NCBI GenBank assembly: GCA_028292405.1
Contig: JAQGMJ010000028.1
Location: 48,676 to 112,675, forward strand
Direction of reading: 5' to 3'
Source: Betaproteobacteria bacterium
GTDB lineage: Bacteria > Pseudomonadota > Gammaproteobacteria > Burkholderiales > JAEUOS01
Length of the DNA stretch: 64,000 nt
Below are positions 36,635-46,541 of this stretch, in pieces. How positions within the stretch are numbered: the first letter of the stretch is position 1; each line of letters opens with the position of its first letter. Position numbers and translations under genes: made by a program. The notes under the pieces are model-generated. The model did no database searches and was not told where the DNA came from. It worked only from the letters and a program-made list of their open reading frames with translations.

Positions 36635-36662
36635 TTCCGCGCAATACGCATTTTTCGAATCA

Positions 36663-36691
36663 GCGCCGGCTTCAGGCCGGCGCGTTTTTTT
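36663..36691 (+). terminator. Rho-independent terminator
   Basis: GCGCCGGC-TTCAG-GCCGGCGC followed by GTTTTTTT. Confidence 0.85.
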
Positions 36692-36703
36692 GATCCTCTC
36701 ATC

Positions 36704-38584
36704 ATGTTCCATTTCCGCCGCCTGACCGGGGCGCTGCTCCTGGCCGCAGCCGGTCTGGCCCATGCCCAGGGCGAGCCGATCGATGTGTTGACCCGCACGG
36801 TCAGATATGTGGACGAGTACCGGGTCAACCTGGACGGCACCTTCGAGGAAATCGTCACCTCGGAAGTCAAGATGCTCAAACCCGAGGGCGTGGAGCGCGC
36901 CTCGCAGGCCGCGATCGGCTACAACCGGAGCATCCAGCGGGCACGGGTGACGGCTGCCTACACCCGCAAGGCGGACGGCCGGCGCATCGATGCGCCGCCG
37001 GGCAATATCCTTCTCGACGTCGGCACCGGCGCGAGCCGCGACCCGGCCCAGGGCAACGACTACACCCAGCTTGCCGTGGCGTTCCCGCAGGTTGAAGTCG
37101 GCGACACCACGGTGCTGGAGTATAGCCTCGCCACTGTCGAAGCCTTGTTCCCGGGACATTTCTCGATCGCCTCGACAGTCAGCCGCGATATCGCCTTTGA
37201 CACGCTGGTCTTCCGCGTCGATGCGCCCGCCGCCCTGTGGGCGCAGGCCGAGGCTGTCGGCATGCGCGAGACGGCGAATGCCGAAAAGGATGGCCGCCGG
37301 GTGCGCGAATGGACCTACAGCAACCCGCGGCCGCTGCGCAGCCGCCGCGGCCCGGGCGCGATCTACGATCCGCGGCGCGAGACGGCCTTTTATTTTTCCA
37401 CCCTGCGCGGCTATGGCGATATCGCGGCAGCCTACGGCGTGCGCGCCAGCCCGAAGGCCGCGGTGACACCGCGCATACGGAAACTGGCCGACGAAATCGC
37501 CGCCGGCAAAGGAAAACCCGGCGACCCGCGCGAGCAGGCGCGCGCGCTGTACGACTGGACCGCGCGCAACATCGAATACTCCGGCAATTGCATCGGCCTG
37601 GGCGCGGTGGTGCCGCACGATACGGACTACATCCTCGACATCAAGACCGGCGACTGCAAGGACCACTCGACCCTGCTGCAGGCCCTGCTGGCGGCGCGCG
37701 GCATCAAGGCCACGCAGGCGCTGGTCAATGCCGACAACGGCTACCAGTTGCCGGCGGTGCCGGTGGTGTCGATGGTCAACCACGTGATCAACTACCTGCC
37801 CGACTTCAACCTGTTCATCGATTCGACCAGCGCCGACAGCCCCTTCGGCATGCTGCCCTTTGCCGACCAGGACAAGGTGGCGCTGCTGGTGGACGGCTAC
37901 AAGGAAGGGATGAAGACGCCGGCCGCCCCGCCCGGCAGCAACGAACAGGCGATGAAGACGCTGGTGTCGGTGGCGGGCGACGGCACCATGAGCGGCACGG
38001 TAGAGGTGAACCTGCGCGGCACCTACGCCGCCACCATCCGCACGCAAATCCGCAACATGTCGCAGGACGCCAAGGAGGGCTTCGTGCGCAATATGTTCCG
38101 CAGCGGCGGGCGCCTGGGCAGCGGCGCGCTGAAAGCGGATGACCCGCAGGAGCGCCTGCCGGCCTATCACTATGCTTCGGATTTCGAGGTCCTGGGGCTT
38201 TTGCCCCTGCCTGCGGCCGGCGCTTTCACCATTTATCCCCTGATGGTCAATCCCTCGTCGGTCAGCACCTTTGTCGGCGACAACGCGCAGGAACCCGACC
38301 CGGCCAACCAGGCCACCTGCAACGGCGGACGTTCCAGCGAAGAGTATGTCTTCACGCTGCCGAAATCGGTGCAGGTGCAGTCCCTGCCGCCGAACGTCAA
38401 TCTCACCGAGGGCGCCGTTTCCTACACCGCCAGCTACGCGCTGAAGGACAATGTGCTGAGCGTCAAGCGCATCATCGATGACCGTACCCCCGGCAGCGTC
38501 TGCAGCCCGGCCGTGCTGGCGGGCAAGCATGCGCTGGCGGCGAAGGTAGCGGCCGACCTTCAGGGCCTTGTCGTTTACAAATAG
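36704..38584 (+). CDS. Exported DUF3857/transglutaminase-like protein
   Basis: Signal peptide, FPQVEVGD, and a C-H-D triad in GDCKD, NHVI and IDST. Confidence 0.9.
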   Translation: MFHFRRLTGALLLAAAGLAHAQGEPIDVLTRTVRYVDEYRVNLDGTFEEIVTSEVKMLKPEGVERASQAAIGYNRSIQRARVTAAYTRKADGRRIDAPPGNILLDVGTGASRDPAQGNDYTQLAVAFPQVEVGDTTVLEYSLATVEALFPGHFSIASTVSRDIAFDTLVFRVDAPAALWAQAEAVGMRETANAEKDGRRVREWTYSNPRPLRSRRGPGAIYDPRRETAFYFSTLRGYGDIAAAYGVRASPKAAVTPRIRKLADEIAAGKGKPGDPREQARALYDWTARNIEYSGNCIGLGAVVPHDTDYILDIKTGDCKDHSTLLQALLAARGIKATQALVNADNGYQLPAVPVVSMVNHVINYLPDFNLFIDSTSADSPFGMLPFADQDKVALLVDGYKEGMKTPAAPPGSNEQAMKTLVSVAGDGTMSGTVEVNLRGTYAATIRTQIRNMSQDAKEGFVRNMFRSGGRLGSGALKADDPQERLPAYHYASDFEVLGLLPLPAAGAFTIYPLMVNPSSVSTFVGDNAQEPDPANQATCNGGRSSEEYVFTLPKSVQVQSLPPNVNLTEGAVSYTASYALKDNVLSVKRIIDDRTPGSVCSPAVLAGKHALAAKVAADLQGLVVYK

Positions 38585-38676
38585 CAGCAGCTTAAAAGCG
38601 CATACATGCATTCCAATTTCTTTCTGGATATGCAGCGGCCCTGCGCATAAAGTAGAAGCCTTGGGGAGGAGACAGG

Positions 38677-39396
38677 ATGAACACCAGCGCAACGGCCGCG
38701 ATGCCGACCAATGAGACCGGCCGAGACATCGGGGGAGACGCACAGCGGGTCTTCGATGTCGTCGCCGGCGGCGGCGTGGCCATCATCTACCTCGACGTCG
38801 CCTACGCCGTTCTGGGCCGCAGCGAAGAGTCGGTACGGCGCATCTACGGCGCGAAAAACCGCAGTTTTTCCAAGCCGACCGGCATCGTCGGCAGCCTGGA
38901 GATCCACGACGCGCTGCACATCATGGGCGAACGGGAAAAGGCCGTTGTACGCGCGGTCACGGTGAAGCACGACCTGCCGCTGGCGGTGGTGGCGCCGTTC
39001 CGGCGCGAGCACCCGTTCTTGCACGACATGAATCCCTTCGTCCTCGACAACGCGGTCAAGGGCGACACGCTCAATCTGCTGCTCAACGCCGGCAAGCTGC
39101 GCAACCGCATCGGCAGGCTATGCTACGAGCACATGCTGCCGATGGTCGGCTCCTCGGCCAACATGTCGCTCTCAGGCAGCCGCTACCGCGTGGAAGACAT
39201 CGAACCGGAACTGACCGGCATTGCCGACATCGTCATCGACTACGGCCAGTCGCGCTACCACAACCCCGAGGGCCGCTCGAGCACGATGATTGACTTCCGC
39301 GATTTCAGCATCGTGCGCAAGGGGGTGTGCTTTGACACCATTGCCGAGGTCATGCGCGAGGAATTTTCCATCACGCTGAAGGAGAAGCAGGCATGA
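38677..39396 (+). CDS. Divergent Sua5/YrdC(TsaC)-fold protein
   Basis: GGVAII, IYGAKNR..KP, SSANMS, SSTMID. The canonical PTETVYGL is replaced by YLDVAYAV. Confidence 0.8.
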   Translation: MNTSATAAMPTNETGRDIGGDAQRVFDVVAGGGVAIIYLDVAYAVLGRSEESVRRIYGAKNRSFSKPTGIVGSLEIHDALHIMGEREKAVVRAVTVKHDLPLAVVAPFRREHPFLHDMNPFVLDNAVKGDTLNLLLNAGKLRNRIGRLCYEHMLPMVGSSANMSLSGSRYRVEDIEPELTGIADIVIDYGQSRYHNPEGRSSTMIDFRDFSIVRKGVCFDTIAEVMREEFSITLKEKQA

Positions 39397-40358
39397 GGCG
39401 CGCGCCCGTACGCCGGCGTTGGGCCGCTCTATTCCTCGCCTTTCTTTGTGGCGGCGCCTTTGCCCAGGCGTATCCGGCCCACCCGGTGAAACTGATCGTG
39501 CCCTTTCCCGCCGGCACCTCGACCGATTTCGCCGGCAGGGAGGTGGCGCAATTGCTCACCAAGGCGACCGGGCAGTCGTTCTACATCGAGAACCGTCCAG
39601 GCGCGCAGGGCACCATAGGCGCGGCCGTCGCGGCGCGCGCGCCGCGCGACGGCTATACGCTGTTCTTCGGCAACAACACCACGCAAGCGGCGGCAGCGGC
39701 GCTATTCAAGGAACTGCAATACGACCCGGTCAAGGATTTCGAGCCGATCGGCCGGGTCGGCGCGGCTGTCCAGCTTCTCACCGTGCGCGCGGATTTGCCG
39801 GTGCAGACCGTCGAGCAACTATTCGACTACGGCAGGAAGAACGCCGGCAAATTGCGCTGGGGCTACGCGAATTCGGCCAATCAGATTGCCGGCAGCGCCG
39901 TGGTTCGCGCCGGCAGCCTGGAAGCCATTGGCGTGCCCTACAAGGGTGTGCCTGAAATCACCACGGACCTGATCGGCGGGGTGCTTGATTTCACGGTCGC
40001 CGACCTGACCAACATGATGCCGATGGTCAAGGCGGGCAAACTGCGTGCCCTCGCGGTCACCTCCGAAAATACCCTCGCCGACCTGCCTGGCGTACCGACG
40101 CTGGCCCAAAGCACCAAGGGATTCACCCTGGTTGCCTGGTTCGGCCTGTTCGCTCCGGCAGGCACGCCGGCGGCGATTACGGCGAAGCTTTCGCAACAAT
40201 TGCGCGCGGGCTTGTCCGATCCGGGCCTGGAATCGCGCATGAAAAACGCCGGGCTGATCGTCTATCCCGGCAACGCGGAGGAATTCCGCGCCTTCATCGG
40301 CGGCGAGCGCGTGAAATGGACGGGACTGATCAAAGCGACCGGCATCACGCCGCAGTAA
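39393..40358 (+). CDS. Bug/TctC substrate-binding protein
   Basis: YPAHPVKLIVPFPAGTSTD, DGYTL, VPYKG. ATGA overlap with the upstream gene. Confidence 0.92.
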   Translation: MRRAPVRRRWAALFLAFLCGGAFAQAYPAHPVKLIVPFPAGTSTDFAGREVAQLLTKATGQSFYIENRPGAQGTIGAAVAARAPRDGYTLFFGNNTTQAAAAALFKELQYDPVKDFEPIGRVGAAVQLLTVRADLPVQTVEQLFDYGRKNAGKLRWGYANSANQIAGSAVVRAGSLEAIGVPYKGVPEITTDLIGGVLDFTVADLTNMMPMVKAGKLRALAVTSENTLADLPGVPTLAQSTKGFTLVAWFGLFAPAGTPAAITAKLSQQLRAGLSDPGLESRMKNAGLIVYPGNAEEFRAFIGGERVKWTGLIKATGITPQ

Positions 40359-40381
40359 TCGGACGCGGCGGCGCCCGCCCG

Positions 40382-41206
40382 TCAAGGCGCCACCGATGCG
40401 GACTGCTCCGACTTCATGTTGGTGAGCAAAGCATCATCGAATATCGCCACGGCGCGGGTCCAGCCGGCGGAGGCGCCGCGAATCTTGTGCGGAAAGCAGG
40501 AGATGATGAAGCCGTCCGGCGGCAACTGGTCGAGAGCGTGCAGCTTTTCCAGGTGGCAGTAGCCAATATCGCGCCCGGCCTTGTGGCCCTCCCAGATCAG
40601 CGAAGCATCGTGGCTTTGGGCGTATTTCTCGGCGGTGTAGACGAAGGGCGCGTCCCAGCTCCAGGCATCGGTGCCGGTCAGGCGCACGCCGCGCTCCAGC
40701 AGGTACATGGTGGCCTCGTAGCCCATGCCGCAGCCGGCACTGACAAAGTCGTCGTGGCCGTAGCGATCGCCGGCGCGGGTGTTGACCACCACGATTTCCA
40801 GCGGCTTGAGCGTATGGTTGATGCGCTTGAGTTCGGCCTCGACGTCCGCCGCCGTGACCACATAGCCGTCGGCAAAGTGGCGAAAGTCCAGCTTGACGCC
40901 GGGCTGGAAGCACCAGTTGAGATCGACTTCATCGATGGTGATGGAACGCTCGCCCTTGTTCATGGTCGGATGAAAGTGGTAAGGCGCGTCCAGATGGGTG
41001 CCGTTGTGGGTGGAGAGCGAGATCTGCTCCACCGCCCAGACGGCCGAGTCCGGCAGGTCGGACTGCTTCAGGCCGGGGAAAAAGGGCGCCATCTGGGGGA
41101 ACGAGTTCTCATGGTTGAAATACTCGATGCGCGGCTTGAACGCGGGCGGGTCGGAGACGACGTCGTTCTCAAGATAAATCGATAGGTCAACGAGCTTGCG
41201 CGGCAT
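40382..41206 (-). CDS. Cyclase family metal-dependent hydrolase (kynurenine formamidase-like)
   Basis: HNGTHLDAPYH, GTDAWSWD, HLEKL. AAGGAG RBS. Confidence 0.92.
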   Translation of the reverse strand: MPRKLVDLSIYLENDVVSDPPAFKPRIEYFNHENSFPQMAPFFPGLKQSDLPDSAVWAVEQISLSTHNGTHLDAPYHFHPTMNKGERSITIDEVDLNWCFQPGVKLDFRHFADGYVVTAADVEAELKRINHTLKPLEIVVVNTRAGDRYGHDDFVSAGCGMGYEATMYLLERGVRLTGTDAWSWDAPFVYTAEKYAQSHDASLIWEGHKAGRDIGYCHLEKLHALDQLPPDGFIISCFPHKIRGASAGWTRAVAIFDDALLTNMKSEQSASVAP

Positions 41207-41395
41207 GAATGTCTCCTTTGTTGAATGCTTGTCCGACACGCCGGCCGCCGAGGCGGCGCGGCCAGGAATGATGGCTCGAATATACCGGCTGCGCCGCCAT
41301 TTCCATGCGGACGAATATGCCTGCGTACTGCACCTAGTATATTGCGATGACACGCTACGCGCATCCCGTAGCCGGCGCGGGAGCAAAAATTACCT

Positions 41396-41408
41396 TAAGC
41401 CATTGATT
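41396..41408 (-). promoter_or_regulatory. Candidate IHF site
   Basis: Reverse strand AATCAATGGCTTA fits WATCAANNNNTTR, in AT-rich flanks. Confidence 0.5.
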
Positions 41409-41474
41409 TAAATATACTTAAAATCTTTTAGCCGCTTGAATCAAGGAAGACCATTGGAGTGCACAAACTAGACT

Positions 41475-41509
41475 TTTACATCGCGTTACGGATTGTTATG
41501 GAGATTTAA
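41475..41509. promoter_or_regulatory. CpxR/OmpR-family-like direct repeats upstream of mdtA
   Basis: TTTAC-N5-GTTAC-N5-GTTAT-N5-TTTAA; reverse strand GTAAC-N5-GTAAA. Confidence 0.45.
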
Positions 41510-41692
41510 CCTTAAAAAATGTGAATATCCGCCATCCTTCGGTTTTGGCGTGTCGTTTGCGCTTCATTGAATTACAGCCTGTTTCTCGCGGTTTTGGCGA
41601 AAGGACGGTCGAACCTTTCCGCAAGATCGCGCGAGTGATAATAAACTGCGTATAAACTGCTCCTCCTCGCAGCCATCCCGAGAAAGAAAAAG

Positions 41693-43231
41693 ATGACCGA
41701 GCTCAAGCCCAGTCTTTCGCGAGCCGCCTTCCCGTCCCGTCTGCCCGTTTTCAGCTCAACCCGGATCGCGGCGCGCGGCGCCGGCATGCTGCGGCTGCTG
41801 ATCATCATCATCGGCATTGTGGTCCTGCTCGGCGTCGGCTATTACTACTATCAGTCGCGCTCGGAGCCGACGGCCAGCGCCGACGGTGCCAAGAGTGCGG
41901 ATGGCGCCAAGGACGGCGCCAAAGAGGGTGGCAAGGGCGGCGGTAAAGGCGGCAAGGGCGGCCGCGCCGGCGCGGGCGGACCAACGCCGGTTTCCGCCAT
42001 CACCGTCACCAAGGAAACCCTGGACATTCGCCTGACGGCGCTGGGTACAGTCACCCCGCGCAACAACGTCACCGTGCGTACCCGGGTCGATGGTCCTCTG
42101 CTCAGCGTGAAATTCAAGGAAGGCCAGCTAGTCAAGACCGGCGACCTGTTGGCGGAAATCGATCCCCTGCCCCTGCAGGCGGCGCTGACCCAGGCAGCCG
42201 GCAACCTGGCGCGCGACCAGGCGTTGCTGCAGAACGCGCAGATCGACCTTGAGCGCTACCAGGGCCTGATGTCCACCGACTCCATCCCCAAGCAGCAGCT
42301 TGATACCCAGGCAGCCACCGTTCGCCAATACCAGGGCATCGTCGCCACCGACCGCGGCGCGGTCGAGGCCGCGCGCCTGCAACTGAGCTACACCAGGATT
42401 TTTGCGCCACTGGCCGGCAAGGTCGGCCTGCGGATGGTCGACCCGGGCAACATGGTGCACGCCAGCGATTCCAACGGCCTGGTCAGCATCACCCAGCTCG
42501 ACCCGATCACGGTGATAGCGGCGATTCCCGAGATCGCGGTGCAGCAGTTGCTCAAGCGCATCAACCAGGGCACCGATGTACCGGTGGAAGCCTGGGACTC
42601 GGCGATGAAGGGCATGCTCGCCTCCGGCAAGCTGCTTTCCACCGACAACCAGATCGACACCGCCACCGGCACCTTGAAACTGAAAGCCGAATTCGGCAAT
42701 TCCAGCGGCGTGCTGTTTCCCAACCAGTTCGTCAACGTGCGCGTACTGGTGGGCCAGGACGTCGACGCCACGGTGATCCGCCAGTCCGCCGTGCAGCGCG
42801 GCGCGCAGCAGGGCACCTATGTTTACCTGGTCAATCCCGACTCCACGGTGTCGGTGCGCCAGATCAAGCTGGGCACGGTCGATGGCGACCGCATCAGCGT
42901 GATTTCCGGCCTCAACCCGGGCGACCGCGTGGTTTCCGACGGCGCCGACAAGCTGCGCGAAGGCGCCAAAGTGGAAGTGATCGACCGCAGCGCCGCGGCC
43001 AATGCCAACGCTCCTCCCGCGGCCGACGGCGATGGCAAGGGCAGCCACAAGGGCCGGCGCGGCAAAGGCGGAGACGGCAGCGGCAAGGGCGCAGATGGCG
43101 GCACCGATGGCGGCGCCAAGAGCGGCGGCAGCGGCAACACCGCGCCCGCCGGCGGCCCCAGCAGCGGCGCAAACAGCAACAATAACAGCGGCGGCAACAG
43201 CGGCGCTACTTCCACCGGTTCCGGCGCGTAA
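41693..43231 (+). CDS. mdtA: MdtA/MuxA-type RND membrane fusion protein
   Basis: ALGTVTP..VTVRTRVDG, F.EGQ.V..GD.L.EIDP, GLRMVDPGN, LFPNQFVNV. Start uncertain. Confidence 0.92.
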   Translation: MTELKPSLSRAAFPSRLPVFSSTRIAARGAGMLRLLIIIIGIVVLLGVGYYYYQSRSEPTASADGAKSADGAKDGAKEGGKGGGKGGKGGRAGAGGPTPVSAITVTKETLDIRLTALGTVTPRNNVTVRTRVDGPLLSVKFKEGQLVKTGDLLAEIDPLPLQAALTQAAGNLARDQALLQNAQIDLERYQGLMSTDSIPKQQLDTQAATVRQYQGIVATDRGAVEAARLQLSYTRIFAPLAGKVGLRMVDPGNMVHASDSNGLVSITQLDPITVIAAIPEIAVQQLLKRINQGTDVPVEAWDSAMKGMLASGKLLSTDNQIDTATGTLKLKAEFGNSSGVLFPNQFVNVRVLVGQDVDATVIRQSAVQRGAQQGTYVYLVNPDSTVSVRQIKLGTVDGDRISVISGLNPGDRVVSDGADKLREGAKVEVIDRSAAANANAPPAADGDGKGSHKGRRGKGGDGSGKGADGGTDGGAKSGGSGNTAPAGGPSSGANSNNNSGGNSGATSTGSGA

Positions 43232-43252
43232 GCCGCGAAAGAAGAGCGCAGG

Positions 43253-46200
43253 ATGAATCCGTCGCGAATATTTATCGAGCGGCCGGTCGCCACCAGCCTG
43301 TTGATGCTGGCGATTCTGCTGGCGGGCATCATTGCCTACCACTTGCTGCCGCAATCGGCGTTGCCGGAGGTCGATTACCCGACCATCCAGGTGACCACGC
43401 TCTACCCCGGCGCCAGCCCGGAGGTGATGACCTCTTCCATCACCGCGCCGCTGGAGCGCCAGTTCGGCCAGATGGCGGGGCTGGACCAGATGTATTCGCA
43501 GAGTTCCGGCGGCGCCTCCGTCATCACCTTGCGCTTCAACCTGAATCTCTCGCTGGACGTGGCCGAGCAGGAAGTGCAGGCGGCAATCAATGCCGCCGCC
43601 AACCTGCTGCCCACCGACATTCCTTCGCCGCCGGTCTACAGCAAGGTCAACCCGGCGGATGCGCCGATTCTCACCGTCGCCCTCACCTCCGACTCGCTGG
43701 CACTCACCAAGGTGCAGGACCTGGCCGACACGCGCATCGCGCAAAAGATTTCGCAGCTCTCCGGCGTCGGCCTGGTGACACTCTCCGGCGGCCAGCGGCC
43801 CGCCGTGCGCATCCGCGCCAACCCGAAACAGCTGGCCTACCTCGGCCTGTCGCTGGACGACCTGCGCACCGCGGTGACCAACGGCAACACCAACCAGGCC
43901 AAGGGCAGCTTCGACGGCCCCTCCCGCGCTTCCACCATCGATGCGAACGACCAGCTGAAATCGGCGGAGGAATACAAGAACCTGATCATCGCCTACAAGA
44001 ACGGCAGCCCGGTGCGCATCTCCGACATCGCCGACGTGGTCGACGACGCCGAGAACGTGCGCCTGGCGGCCTGGGCGGCGAGCGACGGCCAGCAAGCGCC
44101 CGGCGTGGTGCTGAACATCCAGCGCCAGCCCGGCGCCAACGTGATCCAGGTGGTGGACCGCATCAAGGCCCTACTGCCGCAGTTGCAAAGCTCGCTGCCG
44201 GCCGCCGTGCAGGTGCGCGTGCTGACCGACCGCACCACCACCATCCGCGCCTCGGTGGACGACGTCGAGATCGAACTGCTGATCTCCATCGCCCTGGTGG
44301 TGATGGTGATCTTCTTGTTCCTGCGGAGCATCCCGGCCACCATCATCCCCAGCTTCGCCGTGCCCCTCTCCCTGGTCGGCACCTTCGGCATCATGTACCT
44401 GGCCGGGTTCTCGATCAACAACCTGACCCTGATGTCGCTGACCATTGCCACCGGCTTCGTGGTGGACGACGCCATCGTGATGATCGAAAACATCTCGCGG
44501 CATATCGAAGCCGGGATGAAACCGATGCAGGCCGCGCTGCTGGGCTCGAAGGAAATCGGCTTCACCATCATCTCGCTGACGTTTTCGCTGATCGCCGTGC
44601 TGATCCCGCTGCTGTTCATGGGCGACGTGGTCGGGCGCCTGTTCCGCGAGTTCGCCATCACCCTTGCTGTTTCGATCCTGATTTCGGCGGTGGTGTCTCT
44701 GACCCTCACCCCCATGCTGTGCGCGCGCATGCTGAAGCACCACCGGCCGGAAGACGAGAAAAAGCACGGCATCGGCCACTGGTGGGCGACGACCTTCGAC
44801 CGTGGTGTTCAGAAGTACGGCGTGGCGCTGAACTGGGTGCTGGACCGCCAGGCACTGACGCTGCTGGTCGCGCTGGGCACGGTGGCGTTGACGGTGCTGC
44901 TCTACATCCTGGTGCCGAAAGGCTTCTTTCCTGAACAGGACACCGGCATCCTGCAAGGCATCACCGAGGCGCCGCAAAGCTCTTCCTTTCCCGCGGTGGC
45001 CGAGCGCCAGCAGGCGCTGGCCAATGCGCTGCTGGCCGACCCGGCGGTCGAGAGCCTCTCCTCCTTCATCGGCGTCGATGGGGTGAATCCCACGCTCAAC
45101 AGCGGGCGCATGCTGATCAACCTCAAACCGAAGGGCACGCGCGGCAACATCGACGACGTGATGAAGCGCCTGGAAGACCGCGCCGCCGAAATTCCCGGCA
45201 TGGCGCTCTACCTGCAGCCCTCGCAGGACCTGACCATCGACGACCGTGTCGGCCGCACCCAGTACCAGTTCACTTTGCAAGACCCGGACATCAAGAACCT
45301 CGGCATCTGGGTGCCGCGCCTGGTCGCGAAGCTGCAGACCCTGCCGCAACTGATGGACGTGGCCAGCGACTACCAGGACCAGGGCCTGGTGGCCTATGTG
45401 CAGATCGACCGCGACGCCGCCGCGCGCCTGGGCGTGACCACCGCCACCATCGACAATGCGCTGTACAACGCCTTCGGCCAGCGCCTGATCTCGACCATCT
45501 TCACCCAGTCCAGCCAGTACCGCGTGGTACTGGAGGCCGACACCAAGATGGGTGATGGCCTGCAGGCGATCGCCTCGCTTTACGTGCCGGCCAGCGGCGG
45601 CGGCGGCGGCGGCGGCACGCCGGGCTCGAGCGGCGGCACCGCCGGCTCGGCTGCCACCACGACTACCAGCACCACCGCCGTGGCAGCGCCGACCTCGGCC
45701 AACACTTCTTCCGCCCTGAGCGCGGCGGTGGCCAGCAACGGCAACCAGGTGCCGCTGTCGGCAGTGGCGCAAATCGTCGAGCGGCGGGGCTTGCTGGCGA
45801 TCAACCACCTCGAGCAGTTTCCCGCCTCCACCCTTTACTTCAACCTCAAGCCCGGCGTCTCGCTGGGCGAAGCGGTGAAGGCGATCGAGGCGGCGGAGCA
45901 GGAAATCGGCTTGCCGCTTTCCACCGTCACCGCCTTCCAGGGCGCGGCCCTGGCGTTCCGCGCCGCGCTCTCGAACGAACTGTTCCTGATCCTGGCGGCG
46001 ATCATCACCATGTACATCGTGCTGGGCGTGCTGTACGAAAGCTTCATCCACCCGGTGACGATTCTCTCCACCCTGCCCTCGGCCGGCATCGGCGCGCTGC
46101 TGGCGCTGATCGTCTCGGGTAACGAACTCGGCGTGGTCTCCATCATCGGCATCATTCTCCTGATCGGCATCGTCAAGAAAAACGCCATCATGATGATCGA

Positions 46201-46531
46201 CTTTGCGCTGGAGGCGCAGCGCGAGCGTGGCCTGGAGCCGCGCGCGGCGATCCACGAGGCCAGCCTGCTGCGCTTCCGCCCCATCCTGATGACCACCATG
46301 TGCGCCCTGCTCGGCGCCCTGCCGCTGATGCTGGGCACCGGCGTCGGCTCCGAGCTGCGTCACCCGCTGGGCATCACCATGGTCGGCGGCCTGATGGTCA
46401 GCCAGGTGCTGACCCTGTTCACCACGCCGGTGATCTACCTCTGGTTCGACGGCCTGGCGCGGCGCTACGGCAAGGCCGAAGGCCCGGTGCGCGACGACGA
46501 GCTGGACGACCTGGCCGGGGAAGAAACGTGA
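43253..46531 (+). CDS. mdtB: MdtB/MuxB RND permease
   Basis: [45 protein letters not shown]. Confidence 0.95.
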   Translation: MNPSRIFIERPVATSLLMLAILLAGIIAYHLLPQSALPEVDYPTIQVTTLYPGASPEVMTSSITAPLERQFGQMAGLDQMYSQSSGGASVITLRFNLNLSLDVAEQEVQAAINAAANLLPTDIPSPPVYSKVNPADAPILTVALTSDSLALTKVQDLADTRIAQKISQLSGVGLVTLSGGQRPAVRIRANPKQLAYLGLSLDDLRTAVTNGNTNQAKGSFDGPSRASTIDANDQLKSAEEYKNLIIAYKNGSPVRISDIADVVDDAENVRLAAWAASDGQQAPGVVLNIQRQPGANVIQVVDRIKALLPQLQSSLPAAVQVRVLTDRTTTIRASVDDVEIELLISIALVVMVIFLFLRSIPATIIPSFAVPLSLVGTFGIMYLAGFSINNLTLMSLTIATGFVVDDAIVMIENISRHIEAGMKPMQAALLGSKEIGFTIISLTFSLIAVLIPLLFMGDVVGRLFREFAITLAVSILISAVVSLTLTPMLCARMLKHHRPEDEKKHGIGHWWATTFDRGVQKYGVALNWVLDRQALTLLVALGTVALTVLLYILVPKGFFPEQDTGILQGITEAPQSSSFPAVAERQQALANALLADPAVESLSSFIGVDGVNPTLNSGRMLINLKPKGTRGNIDDVMKRLEDRAAEIPGMALYLQPSQDLTIDDRVGRTQYQFTLQDPDIKNLGIWVPRLVAKLQTLPQLMDVASDYQDQGLVAYVQIDRDAAARLGVTTATIDNALYNAFGQRLISTIFTQSSQYRVVLEADTKMGDGLQAIASLYVPASGGGGGGGTPGSSGGTAGSAATTTTSTTAVAAPTSANTSSALSAAVASNGNQVPLSAVAQIVERRGLLAINHLEQFPASTLYFNLKPGVSLGEAVKAIEAAEQEIGLPLSTVTAFQGAALAFRAALSNELFLILAAIITMYIVLGVLYESFIHPVTILSTLPSAGIGALLALIVSGNELGVVSIIGIILLIGIVKKNAIMMIDFALEAQRERGLEPRAAIHEASLLRFRPILMTTMCALLGALPLMLGTGVGSELRHPLGITMVGGLMVSQVLTLFTTPVIYLWFDGLARRYGKAEGPVRDDELDDLAGEET

Positions 46532-46541
46532 AGGGGTCAAC

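Noticed and set aside
34586-38584. Kinase and transglutaminase as one operon
   Set aside because: A strong intrinsic terminator at 36663-36691 separates them.
35468-38743. 1091-aa minus-strand ORF
   Set aside because: Antisense to the kinase and transglutaminase genes, with no motifs; a typical stop-poor GC shadow.
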